The notes under the pieces are model-generated. The model worked only from the letters and a program-made list of their open reading frames with translations, did not search any database and was not told the DNA's origin. A stretch of 64,000 nt of DNA from an uncultured Sphingomonadales bacterium (GTDB lineage: Bacteria; Pseudomonadota; Alphaproteobacteria; Sphingomonadales; Sphingomonadaceae). Both the position numbers and the translations under genes were made by a program. The stretch spans positions 3,385-67,384 of the forward strand of contig CAIPUN010000083.1 of the NCBI GenBank assembly GCA_903868245.1, read 5' to 3'. Shown here in pieces: positions 41,129-51,581 of the stretch (positions are counted from its first letter, which is position 1; the number at the start of each line of letters is the position of its first letter).

Positions 41129-41608
41129 ATGGCATCAAAATTTGATAAGGCTCATATTCTCGCATTTTTGTTACCCGCTGCGTTGCTGGGGGGCGCTTAT
41201 GGGTCGGAATATATTGGCGGGCTTTTCCCATGCGAAATGTGTTGGTGGCAGCGTTATCCCCATTTTGCTGCTGTTGCCATTGCGCTGGTCGCTTTTGGCG
41301 TCCGCGATACCGGTTTCCGTAAAGTCTTGGTCGCGTTGGCGGCCTTAGCGATCGCCACGAGCGGCTTCATTGGTGGGTTTCATGCAGGCGTGGAATATGG
41401 CTATTGGGAAGGGCTCACCGCCTGCACCGCGACGATTTCGGGTAGCGGCGATGATTTGCTCCAGTCGATTATGAACGCCCCCTTGGTGCGTTGCGACGTT
41501 GCACCTTGGACTTTATTTGGCATTTCTCTCGCGGGCTATAATTTCCTCTTGTCGTTCGGCGGCGCAATGCTCATCTTGGCAATGATATGGCGCAGCAAGA
41601 AAATCTGA
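41129..41608 (+). CDS. dsbB: Disulfide bond formation protein B family
   Basis: PCEMCWWQR, HAGVE, TAC...RCD, SLAGYN; TM segments. Confidence 0.9.
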   Translation: MASKFDKAHILAFLLPAALLGGAYGSEYIGGLFPCEMCWWQRYPHFAAVAIALVAFGVRDTGFRKVLVALAALAIATSGFIGGFHAGVEYGYWEGLTACTATISGSGDDLLQSIMNAPLVRCDVAPWTLFGISLAGYNFLLSFGGAMLILAMIWRSKKI

Positions 41609-42135
41609 AAACCTCCGCGCAGCGGATACGCGCAATCGAACGCATGATCCGCGTGAACCATGCGGGTGAGTTTGGCGCGAAACGGATTTACGCTGGGCAG
41701 CTTGCTGTGATGGGCGATCGCACGCCCGCGGCGCGCAGCATTGCGCATATGGCCGAACAAGAGGAACGCCATCTCAGCGCCTTTGACAAGATGATGACCG
41801 AACGCGGAGTCCGTCCCACGGCCTTGCACCCGGTCTGGAATGTTGCGGGCTTTGCGCTTGGCGCTGTCTCTGCGGCCATCGGGCCAGAAGCGGCCATGGC
41901 GTGTACTGTCGCTGTGGAGACCGAAATTGACCGCCATTATAGCGAGCAGCTGGCTGAAATTGGCGACAGCGATCCGGAATTATCAGCGATGATTTTGGAT
42001 TTTCAGGCCGATGAGTTGGAACATAAGGCCACGGCTTTGGAGCAAGGCGCCGAACGTGCGCCGGCCTATCCGTTGATGAGCGCGTTGGTCCGCATAGGTT
42101 GCCGGACAGCGATTGCTGTGTCGAAACATATATAA
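41587..42135 (+). CDS. coq7: Demethoxyubiquinone hydroxylase (Coq7/Clk-1 di-iron)
   Basis: RVNHAGEFGA, EQEERH, VETEIDRHY and DELEH di-iron ligands. Confidence 0.93.
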   Translation: MAQQENLKTSAQRIRAIERMIRVNHAGEFGAKRIYAGQLAVMGDRTPAARSIAHMAEQEERHLSAFDKMMTERGVRPTALHPVWNVAGFALGAVSAAIGPEAAMACTVAVETEIDRHYSEQLAEIGDSDPELSAMILDFQADELEHKATALEQGAERAPAYPLMSALVRIGCRTAIAVSKHI

Positions 42136-42199
42136 GCTTCATAAAGCATTCAGCCTGCTATGTTCAAAATCAGGCACACAGATATTTGGAGATGATCTC

Positions 42200-42787
42200 G
42201 TGAAAGCAATAACCAGAATTTCGCTCGCGAGCATCGCCTTGATGCTATCGGTTCAGGCACCAGCGCAGGATACGCCGGCTGCGAAGCCTGGCGATGAAAA
42301 AATCAATCAGCTCATCATTTATGGCAATGACAAATGCCCCGAAAGCGTTGGCGATGAGATCGTCGTCTGCGCGCGTATGGGGGAGGCGGACCGCTATCGT
42401 ATACCGACCAATTTGCGCGGCGACCCCAATGACCCGCGCAACCAAGCCATGTCCGAGCGGATTAAATCCTACGAATATGTCGCCGCTAGCGGCACAATGA
42501 GCTGTTCAGCATCGGGCTCTGGCGGTTTTACCGGCTGCGGCTTGGCGGAGATTAACAAGGCGTATGCCGAAAAGGCACAAGACCCCGGCATCACTTTTGG
42601 TCGTTTGATTGCCGCCGAGCGCGCCAAGCGTATGGCGGGCGTTGATGCCGAAGCCGCCGAAGTGGAAGCGCGTGTCGTCGAATTTGAAAAAGGCCGCGCC
42701 GAACGGGAAGCCAAGCTGCAGGCTGAGCTGGACGCGAAAGAAGCGGCCAGTGCAGAGGCCGAACCGCTTCCGCAGCCAAAAAGCTAA
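42200..42787 (+). CDS. Exported hypothetical protein with four Cys
   Basis: GTG start after RBS GGAG; signal peptide; KCPESVGDEIVVCAR...RYRIP and CSASGSGGFTGC. Confidence 0.8.
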   Translation: MKAITRISLASIALMLSVQAPAQDTPAAKPGDEKINQLIIYGNDKCPESVGDEIVVCARMGEADRYRIPTNLRGDPNDPRNQAMSERIKSYEYVAASGTMSCSASGSGGFTGCGLAEINKAYAEKAQDPGITFGRLIAAERAKRMAGVDAEAAEVEARVVEFEKGRAEREAKLQAELDAKEAASAEAEPLPQPKS

Positions 42788-42789
42788 AT

Positions 42790-44541
42790 TCAGCTTTTCG
42801 CTTTTTCGCCTGCGATCCAGTCCGTAATCTGCTGCTCAAGGACATCGAGCGGCACAGACCCTTGCCCGAGAACCGCATCATGGAACGCGGCCAGATCAAA
42901 TTTGGGCCCCAGCTCTTGGGCCGCCTTTTTGCGCAATTCGCGGATTTTCAGTTCGCCCAATTTGTAAGCGAGCGCCTGACCCGGCCAACTGATATAGCGG
43001 TTTACCTCTGCCTCGATATTGGCGGCGGACAAAGCGCTATTGTCGGTCATGAAGGCTATGGCCTGTTGTTTGCTCCACCCCTTGGCATGAATGCCCGTGT
43101 CGACCACCAAGCGGCACGCACGCCACATTTCATAGGACAGGCGGCCCATATCTTTGGCGGGTGTGTCATATAGCCCCATCTCGATACCAAGCCGTTCGGA
43201 ATACAGCCCCCAGCCTTCGGTAAATGCCGTGAAGGACGCGCCATATTTACGGAAATCGGACAAGGGCAGCTCCTGCTGCAAGGCGATCTGATGATGATGC
43301 CCCGGGACCCCTTCATGCACCGATAGCGCCGGAATTTCCCAGAACGGGCGCTGGTTCAATTTCGACGTGTTGACAAAATAGGTGCCGGATATCCCGATTT
43401 CCGGCGATCCCGGATTATAATAAGCCGTGGTCGTGCCCTCGGCAGTTTCCGCCGGAATTTCCCTTATGCCATAGGGTAGTCGGGGCAGGCGGCCGAACAG
43501 GCTGGGCATTTTGCCATCAATGATCTTGGTCACCCGCGCGACCTTCTCCATCAGCTCCTCTGGCGTCTTGGCGTAATATTGCGGGTCGGTACGCAGATGT
43601 TGGATAAAGGCTTCGCGGCTGGGATAGCCTGCCTTTTTCGCGACCTCGACCATTTCTGCCCGAATGCGCGATACTTCGCTAAGGCCAATCTGATGGATTT
43701 GCTCCGCGGTCAGGTTGGTGGTGGTCTCTTCGCGGATGCGAAAGGCGTAATAAGCCGCACCATTTGGCTGCGCTGACACGCCGGGGGCCTTAGCACAAGC
43801 GGGCTTGTAGCTTGCGGTGTACCACGCCAACTGCTTGGTCAGCGCAGGGTGTATGACGGTACTGATGGTCGCCTCCGCCTTGGCGGCGAGCGCCGCAAAG
43901 TCGCTTTCCGAAACGCCCTCGGGGCGCTTTGCTGCATAAGGGCCGTAAAAACGCGACTGGCGAATGTCGGATGTAATCAGCCCGCGCACTGTCCCTTCAA
44001 ATCCCGTCAGCGTTTCGCAAGGCTGCGTAAATTTGCCTTTGATGGCGACATTGGCGACCGCAATATTTTCGTCATTGACGCGGCCATATTGTGTCAGCCG
44101 GGCATTGTAGCTTTCAAAATCCCTCTTAGTCTTGAACGGCAAGTTGCGCGACATGCTGGCGAGTTGTTGGTGCCAACTTGAATAGGTCGTGAAGTTGATG
44201 GCGCGTTGCCCGAACCGATTGCCTTCGATCGTAGACACTAATGACCGCCTTAATATGCCGGCCTCCACCTTGGATGCTGCATTCAAAGCATTTTCAGGAA
44301 TGGCATCCAAGCGGGCGAGGAACTTTGCCGCATCGACGGCTCTGCGGTCCTGCGCCGCCAGCGTATAATCGCCAAGCTCATCGGCAAAGTCATTCACGCC
44401 CAGCGCGCTGGCGTAGACAGGCGCCTCTTTCAACGCCGTCGCCCAGACATCATCCACCAAAGCAGTGAGGTCCTTATTGGCGTCAGCATAAGCAGGCGCC
44501 GACAGCGCAAATAAGGATCCGGCGATTAACAGACTACGCAT
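42790..44541 (-). CDS. DUF885 family exported protein
   Basis: Signal peptide; HEGVPGHHHQ, AFTEGWGLYSE, EVNRYISWPGQALAYKLG. Confidence 0.92.
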   Translation of the reverse strand: MRSLLIAGSLFALSAPAYADANKDLTALVDDVWATALKEAPVYASALGVNDFADELGDYTLAAQDRRAVDAAKFLARLDAIPENALNAASKVEAGILRRSLVSTIEGNRFGQRAINFTTYSSWHQQLASMSRNLPFKTKRDFESYNARLTQYGRVNDENIAVANVAIKGKFTQPCETLTGFEGTVRGLITSDIRQSRFYGPYAAKRPEGVSESDFAALAAKAEATISTVIHPALTKQLAWYTASYKPACAKAPGVSAQPNGAAYYAFRIREETTTNLTAEQIHQIGLSEVSRIRAEMVEVAKKAGYPSREAFIQHLRTDPQYYAKTPEELMEKVARVTKIIDGKMPSLFGRLPRLPYGIREIPAETAEGTTTAYYNPGSPEIGISGTYFVNTSKLNQRPFWEIPALSVHEGVPGHHHQIALQQELPLSDFRKYGASFTAFTEGWGLYSERLGIEMGLYDTPAKDMGRLSYEMWRACRLVVDTGIHAKGWSKQQAIAFMTDNSALSAANIEAEVNRYISWPGQALAYKLGELKIRELRKKAAQELGPKFDLAAFHDAVLGQGSVPLDVLEQQITDWIAGEKAKS

Positions 44542-44655
44542 AAATAAGGCTTCTCCGTCACATAACCAAGTGACGATTAAAGCAGGGAAAGCCGCAATTG
44601 ACCAGTGGCGATTCCGTAAGCGCGACAGGCCCAGAGGCCTGCAGCACATTTCATT

Positions 44656-47600
44656 CTACTCGGCGGCTTCCAATGCTTCATGGTCGGACAATGGCTGGCT
44701 GAGCCGCGTGCGCATTTCCTTCGGGCAAATCTGCCAGAATTCGCCGCGCCGGCGATCCCAATCTTCAAGGATTGATTTCGACCAAGCGCTATCGGTTTTT
44801 TCGGCATGGGCGGTGATCAGGGCCTTAAGCTCTTCTTCCCAATACGCGCTTTCAAGGCGTTGCCAAATGATGCTGTCGGGGTTCGCCATGTCGCTAAAGT
44901 CGCCTGTGGTATCGAGCACGAACGCCATGCCGCCGGTCATGCCAGCGCCAAAATTGCTACCGACTTTGCCTAAGATAACCGCCATACCGCCGGTCATATA
45001 TTCAAGGCCATTGGACCCGCAGCCTTCCACCACAACATGCGCGCCGGAATTACGGACCGCAAAGCGTTCACCCGCTTGTCCTGCTGCGAACAAGCGACCA
45101 GATGTTGCGCCATAGAGCACGGTGTTGCCGATGATGCTATTTTGCTGGCTGGTCAGTGGGCTGCTGACTGTTGGGCGTATGATGATCGTCCCGCCCGACA
45201 GGCCCTTGCCGACATAATCATTGGCATCGCCAAAGACTTCGAGCGTAATCCCTTGGCACAAAAACGCGCCAAGCGATTGGCCAGCAGAACCACGCAAACG
45301 GACATGAACATGCCCTTCGGACAAGCCCTTCATGCCATATAACCGCGTGATTTCGGAGCTTAACCTTGTGCCCACAGCACGATGCGTGTTGCGAACATTA
45401 TAGGTCAGCTGCATCTTTTCACGCCGTTCGAACACGGGCCGTGCATCATGGATCATCTGCGCATCAAGGCTGTCGGGCACTTCATTGCGGAAAGTCGGGA
45501 TGCTGAAACGGCGTGCGCTGTCGGGTGCGTCCACCTTGGCCAAAATCGGGTTGAGGTCGAGATCGTCGAGATGCTCGGCCCCGCGGCTGACCTGCCGAAG
45601 CAGTTCGGTGCGGCCAATGACTTCATCAAGGCTGCGATAGCCCAGCTTCGCCAGTATCTCGCGCACTTCTTCGGCGATGAAGGTCATCAGGTTAATGACC
45701 TTTTCCGGTGTTCCGGTGAATTTCTTGCGTAAGGCCTCATCCTGAACGCACACGCCAACAGGGCAGGTGTTTGAGTGGCATTGCCGCACCATGATGCATC
45801 CCATGGCGACAAGGCTAAGCGTGCCGATACCAAATTCCTCTGCACCTAGGATCGCGGCGACCACAATGTCGCGCCCGGTTTTTAGGCCGCCATCGGTGCG
45901 CAATTTGACGCGGTGGCGCAGGCCGTTGAGCGTGAGCACTTGGTTCGCCTCGGACAGACCCATTTCCCATGGCGTGCCGGCATATTTGATGCTGGTTTGC
46001 GGGCTTGCACCCGTGCCACCGACATTGCCGGAGACCAAGATGACATCGGCATGCGCCTTGGCAACGCCCGCCGCAATCGTGCCAATACCCGCCGCACTGA
46101 CCAGCTTCACACAGACCCGCGCACGCGGGTTGATTTGCTTCAAGTCGTAAATCAGCTGCGCCAGATCTTCGATCGAGTAAATGTCGTGATGCGGTGGCGG
46201 AGAAATCAGCGTTACACCTGGTGTCGAGTGGCGCAGTCGCGCGATCATTTCGGTCACCTTGAAGCCGGGCAATTGCCCGCCTTCACCTGGCTTTGCGCCC
46301 TGCGCGACCTTGATTTCAATTTCCTCGCAAGCGCCCAGATATTCGGCGGTGACGCCAAAGCGACCACTGGCAATCTGCTTAATTACGCTATTGGCATTGT
46401 CACCATTTTCGTAAGGCTTGAAGCGTTTGCTGTCTTCGCCGCCTTCGCCCGATACGGCCTTTGCGCCGATGCGGTTCATGGCGATGGCCAGTGTTTCATG
46501 CGCCTCTGGCGACAGCGCGCCAAGCGACATTCCGGGCGTGACAAAGCGCTTACGGATTTCGGTGATCGCCTCAACCTCGTCAATCGCGACAGGTTCTTTA
46601 GCGAAGTTGAATTCCAGCAAATCACGCAAATAAATCGGCGGAAGTTCCTTAACGCCTTGCGCAAATTGCGTGTAGGTCGAGTAGCTGTCATTCGCGACCG
46701 CGCTTTGCAGCAAATGCATCAAGCCAGCGGAATAAGCATGTTCCTCTCCGCCGTCACGTTGCTTGTAAAATCCGCCTACTGGCAGGCGGGCAATGGCGGC
46801 ATCGAACGCATCATCATGACGGTCGCGGGCGTTGACATATAATGAGTGATATCCTTCGCCCGAAATTTTATTCGGCATGCCGGGGAAGAAGTCGTTGACC
46901 AACGCACGCGACAGGCCAACCGCCTCAAAATTATAGCCGCCACGGTAGCTGGAGATGACCGCAATGCCCATTTTGGACATGATCTTCAACAGTCCCTCGT
47001 TGATCGCGGTGCGGTAATTTTCAACCGCTTGCGTCAAGCTATAGCCATCGAGCAGGCCGCGACTATGCCGGTCAGCAATTACCGCTTCAGCAAGATAGGC
47101 GTTCACCGTGGTCGCGCCAACACCAATGAGTACGGCGAAATAATGCGTGTCCAAACATTCGGCGGAACGGACATTGATTGAAGAGTAACTGCGCAGGCCA
47201 TTGCGGACCAAATGCGTGTGCACAGCCGCCGCTGCTAGGATCATCGCGATACCGACGCGATCCGCGCTGATATTCTCGTCGGTCAGGAACAGTTCGGATT
47301 TGCCCATGCGCACCGCGGCTACCGCTTCTTCACGGATCCGCGCGATGGCAGCTCGAAGGCCCTCTTGACCGGTCGAGATATCATAGGTGCAATCAATCTC
47401 GGCACCAAGCGGGCCAAATGCAGCCTTCAGCCTGCACCAATCGTGCCTCGTCAGGACTGGACTGTCTAGCACCAAAACATCGGCATTTTGGCTCTTCTCT
47501 TCCAAGATATTGGCAAGGTTAGAGAAGCGCGTTTTCAGGCTCATCACATGCCGTTCGCGCAAGCTGTCGATTGGCGGGTTGGTGACTTGGCTGAAATTCT

Positions 47601-49182
47601 GGCGGAAAAATTGGCTGATCAGCCGAGGCTTGTCGCTAATGACGGCAAGCGGTGTGTCGTCGCCCATTGACCCAATGGCTTCCTTACCATCCTCGATCAT
47701 CGGCGCCAGGATCATTTCGACATCTTCCAATGTCATGCCCGCAGCGATCTGACGCTTGGTCAGTTCTGCACGCGACCATGCGGGGAGGCTGTCCTCGCCA
47801 GCGTCGGGCAGTTCGGTGATGCGGCGGAATCCGACGACCAATGCGCCATAATCCTGCTCCGCTGAGATGCGGTCCTTCAACTCGCCATCGCGGTATAATT
47901 TACCTTCATCCAAATTGACGGCAATCATTTGGCCTGGGCCAAGGCGGCCTTTTTCCAATATCGTCGTTTCGGGCAGGACAACCATTCCGGTTTCCGAGCC
48001 GATCACCAGCAAATTGTCCGACGTCCTGCTGTAGCGCAGAGGACGCAGCGCGTTGCGATCAACGCCAGCTACGGCCCATTGGCCATCGGTCATCGCCAAA
48101 GCGGCAGGGCCATCCCATGGTTCCATGACGCTGGACATATATTCATACATGGCGCGGTGGGTGGCGGGTAAATTGGGGTTCGACTGCCATGCTTCAGGGA
48201 TTAGCATCAGCTTTGCCGTCGGTGCTTCCTTGCCGGACCGGACTAAGGTTTCAAACACGGCGTCCAATGCGGCAGTGTCCGATGATCCGGCTGGAATGAC
48301 AGGCTTGATATCATCCGACTGCGCGCCAAAGGCGATGCTCGCCATTTTGATTTCGTGGCTCTTCATCCAATTCTGATTGCCACGAATGGTGTTAATTTCG
48401 CCATTATGCGCAAGGCCACGGAATGGCTGCGCCAACCACCATTGCGGGAAAGTGTTGGTGGAATAGCGTTGATGGAAAATCGCAACGCGACTTTCAAAAC
48501 GTTCGTCTTGCAGGTCTGGATAAAATACCGACAGCGATTCTGCGAGGAACAGGCCCTTGTAGACAATCGACCGGCACGAAAGCGAGCAGATATAGAAATC
48601 GCGAATTTGCGCCGCGATGATCTTCTTTTCGATCCGGCGGCGGACCAAGTAGAGATTCTTTTCAAACTCGGTCGCGTCAACGTCATCCGGCATTGGGCCA
48701 GCGATCATGATTTGCTCAATTTCGGGCCGCGTGGCTTGCGCCTTGTCACCAATCACTGACACATCAACGGGCACCTGACGCCAACCATAAATGGTGTAGC
48801 CAGCGTCGATAATCTCTGCCTCTACAATCGTGCGGCAATTCTCTTGCGCGCTGAGGTCGGTGCGCGGCAGGAACACCATGCCAACCGCAAGCCGGTTGGG
48901 CATTGGCCGGTGGCCGCTGTCCGAAATGGCATCGTCAAAGAAGCGGACGGGCAAGTCGATATGCAGGCCTGCGCCATCACCTGTCTTACCATCGGCATCG
49001 ACCGCGCCGCGATGCCAGACGGCCTTCAGCGCCTCAATCCCCGCCGCCACAACCCGCCGTGACGGCTTGCCATCGGTCGCCGCAATCAAACCAACGCCGC
49101 ACGCATCGCCTTCGGACTCCGGATGATACATGCCCTCACGGGCAAGACGTTCATGTTCGGGGGTGGGGTAGAATAGGGTCAT
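44656..49182 (-). CDS. gltB: Glutamate synthase large subunit
   Basis: DACGVG N-terminal nucleophile, HQRYSTNT, AHNGEINT, QGAKPGEGGQL, CHSNTCPVG; RBS GAAGG. Confidence 0.98.
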   Translation of the reverse strand: MTLFYPTPEHERLAREGMYHPESEGDACGVGLIAATDGKPSRRVVAAGIEALKAVWHRGAVDADGKTGDGAGLHIDLPVRFFDDAISDSGHRPMPNRLAVGMVFLPRTDLSAQENCRTIVEAEIIDAGYTIYGWRQVPVDVSVIGDKAQATRPEIEQIMIAGPMPDDVDATEFEKNLYLVRRRIEKKIIAAQIRDFYICSLSCRSIVYKGLFLAESLSVFYPDLQDERFESRVAIFHQRYSTNTFPQWWLAQPFRGLAHNGEINTIRGNQNWMKSHEIKMASIAFGAQSDDIKPVIPAGSSDTAALDAVFETLVRSGKEAPTAKLMLIPEAWQSNPNLPATHRAMYEYMSSVMEPWDGPAALAMTDGQWAVAGVDRNALRPLRYSRTSDNLLVIGSETGMVVLPETTILEKGRLGPGQMIAVNLDEGKLYRDGELKDRISAEQDYGALVVGFRRITELPDAGEDSLPAWSRAELTKRQIAAGMTLEDVEMILAPMIEDGKEAIGSMGDDTPLAVISDKPRLISQFFRQNFSQVTNPPIDSLRERHVMSLKTRFSNLANILEEKSQNADVLVLDSPVLTRHDWCRLKAAFGPLGAEIDCTYDISTGQEGLRAAIARIREEAVAAVRMGKSELFLTDENISADRVGIAMILAAAAVHTHLVRNGLRSYSSINVRSAECLDTHYFAVLIGVGATTVNAYLAEAVIADRHSRGLLDGYSLTQAVENYRTAINEGLLKIMSKMGIAVISSYRGGYNFEAVGLSRALVNDFFPGMPNKISGEGYHSLYVNARDRHDDAFDAAIARLPVGGFYKQRDGGEEHAYSAGLMHLLQSAVANDSYSTYTQFAQGVKELPPIYLRDLLEFNFAKEPVAIDEVEAITEIRKRFVTPGMSLGALSPEAHETLAIAMNRIGAKAVSGEGGEDSKRFKPYENGDNANSVIKQIASGRFGVTAEYLGACEEIEIKVAQGAKPGEGGQLPGFKVTEMIARLRHSTPGVTLISPPPHHDIYSIEDLAQLIYDLKQINPRARVCVKLVSAAGIGTIAAGVAKAHADVILVSGNVGGTGASPQTSIKYAGTPWEMGLSEANQVLTLNGLRHRVKLRTDGGLKTGRDIVVAAILGAEEFGIGTLSLVAMGCIMVRQCHSNTCPVGVCVQDEALRKKFTGTPEKVINLMTFIAEEVREILAKLGYRSLDEVIGRTELLRQVSRGAEHLDDLDLNPILAKVDAPDSARRFSIPTFRNEVPDSLDAQMIHDARPVFERREKMQLTYNVRNTHRAVGTRLSSEITRLYGMKGLSEGHVHVRLRGSAGQSLGAFLCQGITLEVFGDANDYVGKGLSGGTIIIRPTVSSPLTSQQNSIIGNTVLYGATSGRLFAAGQAGERFAVRNSGAHVVVEGCGSNGLEYMTGGMAVILGKVGSNFGAGMTGGMAFVLDTTGDFSDMANPDSIIWQRLESAYWEEELKALITAHAEKTDSAWSKSILEDWDRRRGEFWQICPKEMRTRLSQPLSDHEALEAAE

Positions 49183-50621
49183 GCGGCAACCTTCTCGCGG
49201 CTTGCTTTCGATTTCAGATAATTGTGCATATGTTGCGTGACATCGCGGCCATCGCGGATTGCCCAAACGACAAGGCTTGCGCCGCGCACGATGTCGCCAA
49301 TCGCAAACACCCCGTCGAGGTTGGTCATTTGCGTCGTGTGATCGACACGCACGGTGCCCCAACGGGTGACGTTCAGGTCTGGCGCGTTAAACATCACAGG
49401 TAGGTCCTCGGCTTCAAAGCCCAGTGCCGTGATCACCATATCGGCGTTCAGTGTGAAGTCGCCCTCAGGATCATTTTCCGGCGTCCGGCGGCCAGAGGCA
49501 TCAGGCGCGGCAAGCCGCATCTTGGCGACATGGACGCGCTCGATTTTTCCATCGCCGTCAAAGCCCTTAGGACCCGATAGCCAGACAAACTCGACGCCTT
49601 CTTCTTCGGCATTAGTCACCTCGCGTTGTGACCCAGGCATATTTTCGCGGTCGCGGCGATATAGACATTTCACTGATTTTGCGCCTTGGCGGATGGCGGT
49701 GCGGACGCAATCCATCGCGGTATCGCCGCCACCAATCACGACTACGTCTTTGCCATGCGCATTCATCGCGCCGCTGTCAAAAGCCGGCACGGCGTCGCCA
49801 AAGCCTTTGCGGTTGGATGTTGTAAGATAATCCAGCGCTGGGACAATGCCCTCCAGCCCAATACCCGGCGTCGCAATCGCGCGCGCTTTATAGACACCGG
49901 TCGCGATCAACACCGCGTCATGTTTTGCGCGCAAATCATCCAGCGAAGCATCGCGACCCACTTCGAAATTGGCATGAAAATGGATGCCCGCATCCTCAAG
50001 CCGCTTGACGCGGCGCATGACCACGTCTTTTTCTAGCTTGAAACCGGGGATGCCATAAGTCAGCAATCCGCCCATGCGGTCATAGCGGTCGTAAACATGA
50101 ACGTCATAGCCCGCGACGCGCAGATACTCTGCTGTCGTTAGCCCGCCGGGGCCAGCACCGATGATCCCCACGGACTGGCCGCGTGATGGCCCGACCTCGA
50201 CAGGTTCAACCCAGCCCTGCTCCCAGGCCGTGTCGGTGATATATTTTTCGACAGAGCCAATTGTGACCGCGTCATGGCCCGAAAATTCAATAACGCAATT
50301 GCCCTCGCACAGGCGATCTTGCGGACAGATGCGGCCGCAGATTTCGGGCATAGTGCTGGTCAGGTTTGACATTTCATAGGCTTCGCGCAAACGCCCTTCG
50401 GCGGTCAGGCGCAACCAATCGGGAATGTGATTGTGCAACGGGCAATGGACCGAACAATAAGGCACACCGCATTGTGAGCAGCGCGATGCCTGATCCGCCG
50501 CTGCGGCGGGCGCATAGCGATCTGCGATTTCGGCAAAATCCTCCGCACGCAATTCGGCTTCCCGCTTGTGCGGATAAGCCTGCGGCTTCGAAACAAATTT
50601 CAGCATCGGATCTTTTGCCAC
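49179..50621 (-). CDS. gltD: Glutamate synthase small subunit
   Basis: RCSQCGVPYC...CP, GRICPQDRLCEGNC, GAGPGG, GGGDTAMD. GTG start with RBS GAAGGAG. Confidence 0.96.
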   Translation of the reverse strand: MAKDPMLKFVSKPQAYPHKREAELRAEDFAEIADRYAPAAAADQASRCSQCGVPYCSVHCPLHNHIPDWLRLTAEGRLREAYEMSNLTSTMPEICGRICPQDRLCEGNCVIEFSGHDAVTIGSVEKYITDTAWEQGWVEPVEVGPSRGQSVGIIGAGPGGLTTAEYLRVAGYDVHVYDRYDRMGGLLTYGIPGFKLEKDVVMRRVKRLEDAGIHFHANFEVGRDASLDDLRAKHDAVLIATGVYKARAIATPGIGLEGIVPALDYLTTSNRKGFGDAVPAFDSGAMNAHGKDVVVIGGGDTAMDCVRTAIRQGAKSVKCLYRRDRENMPGSQREVTNAEEEGVEFVWLSGPKGFDGDGKIERVHVAKMRLAAPDASGRRTPENDPEGDFTLNADMVITALGFEAEDLPVMFNAPDLNVTRWGTVRVDHTTQMTNLDGVFAIGDIVRGASLVVWAIRDGRDVTQHMHNYLKSKASREKVAA

Positions 50622-50780
50622 AATACGCTCCTTCAGAAGCGCTGCGCGTAACGCGGCAAACAACTGCTGTCACGCAGAAAACCAACAATAGGGAAGCTTT
50701 ATTGACTAAATTAACCTATTTTGAGACGATAATTTACGCACACGCAATTATATTTCAAATTAAAAGGGCCGTTTCGGAAC

Positions 50781-51581
50781 TTAGCGCACTGTAAGCCATA
50801 TCAAGGCCGCCGTTCCCGCAATGATTCGGTAATAAGCAAAGGGTGCAAAACCATATTTGCCGACAATGGCGACAAACGCCTTCACCACAACGACAGCGAC
50901 CAGAAACGCCATGGTGAATCCAATGCCGATCATCCCCAGATCGTCCGCGTTCAAAAGCGCCCAGTCTTTCCACAAAGCATAGACCGTGGCCGCCATCATA
51001 GTTGGCACCGCCAAGAAGAAGGAAAATTCTGCCGCCGTTTTGCGCTCCACACCCATCATCAGGCCACCCATGATTGTCGCGCCCGAACGGCTCACACCCG
51101 GTAACATTGCCGTGCATTGAACAAGGCCGATGGACAAAGCGGTGCCAAAGGGAATTTCCTCAACCGCATGGAAACGTACTGTCTTCACCACGCGTTCCAA
51201 CACAAGGATAATGATGCCGCCAACAATAAGCGCGATGGCAACAATCTCTGGCGTCTGCATCGCGGCGCGAATAGCATCATACGCCACCACACCAATCACC
51301 AAAGCAGGGGCAAAGCCCAATAGGATGTTGCGCGTGAATGCGACGGGGCCAGCCTCCCGCTTCAGTAGCCCGGTTCCTACCGCCCAAAATCTGCGCCAAT
51401 ATACCAATAAAACCGCCAAGATCGCGCCGAGCTGAATGGCTATTTTGAAGGCGACGGAGCTATTGTCGGTAAAGCCAACTAGCTCACCCGCCAGAATAAG
51501 GTGCCCAGTTGACGATACTGGCAAAAATTCGGTTAGCCCCTCAATAAAGCCGAGGAGCAACGCGATCATTGTATCGCTCAT
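50781..51581 (-). CDS. uppP: Undecaprenyl-diphosphate phosphatase
   Basis: EGLTEFLPVSSTGH, IQLGAILAV, PGVSRSGAT, AEFSF. Confidence 0.96.
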   Translation of the reverse strand: MSDTMIALLLGFIEGLTEFLPVSSTGHLILAGELVGFTDNSSVAFKIAIQLGAILAVLLVYWRRFWAVGTGLLKREAGPVAFTRNILLGFAPALVIGVVAYDAIRAAMQTPEIVAIALIVGGIIILVLERVVKTVRFHAVEEIPFGTALSIGLVQCTAMLPGVSRSGATIMGGLMMGVERKTAAEFSFFLAVPTMMAATVYALWKDWALLNADDLGMIGIGFTMAFLVAVVVVKAFVAIVGKYGFAPFAYYRIIAGTAALIWLTVR

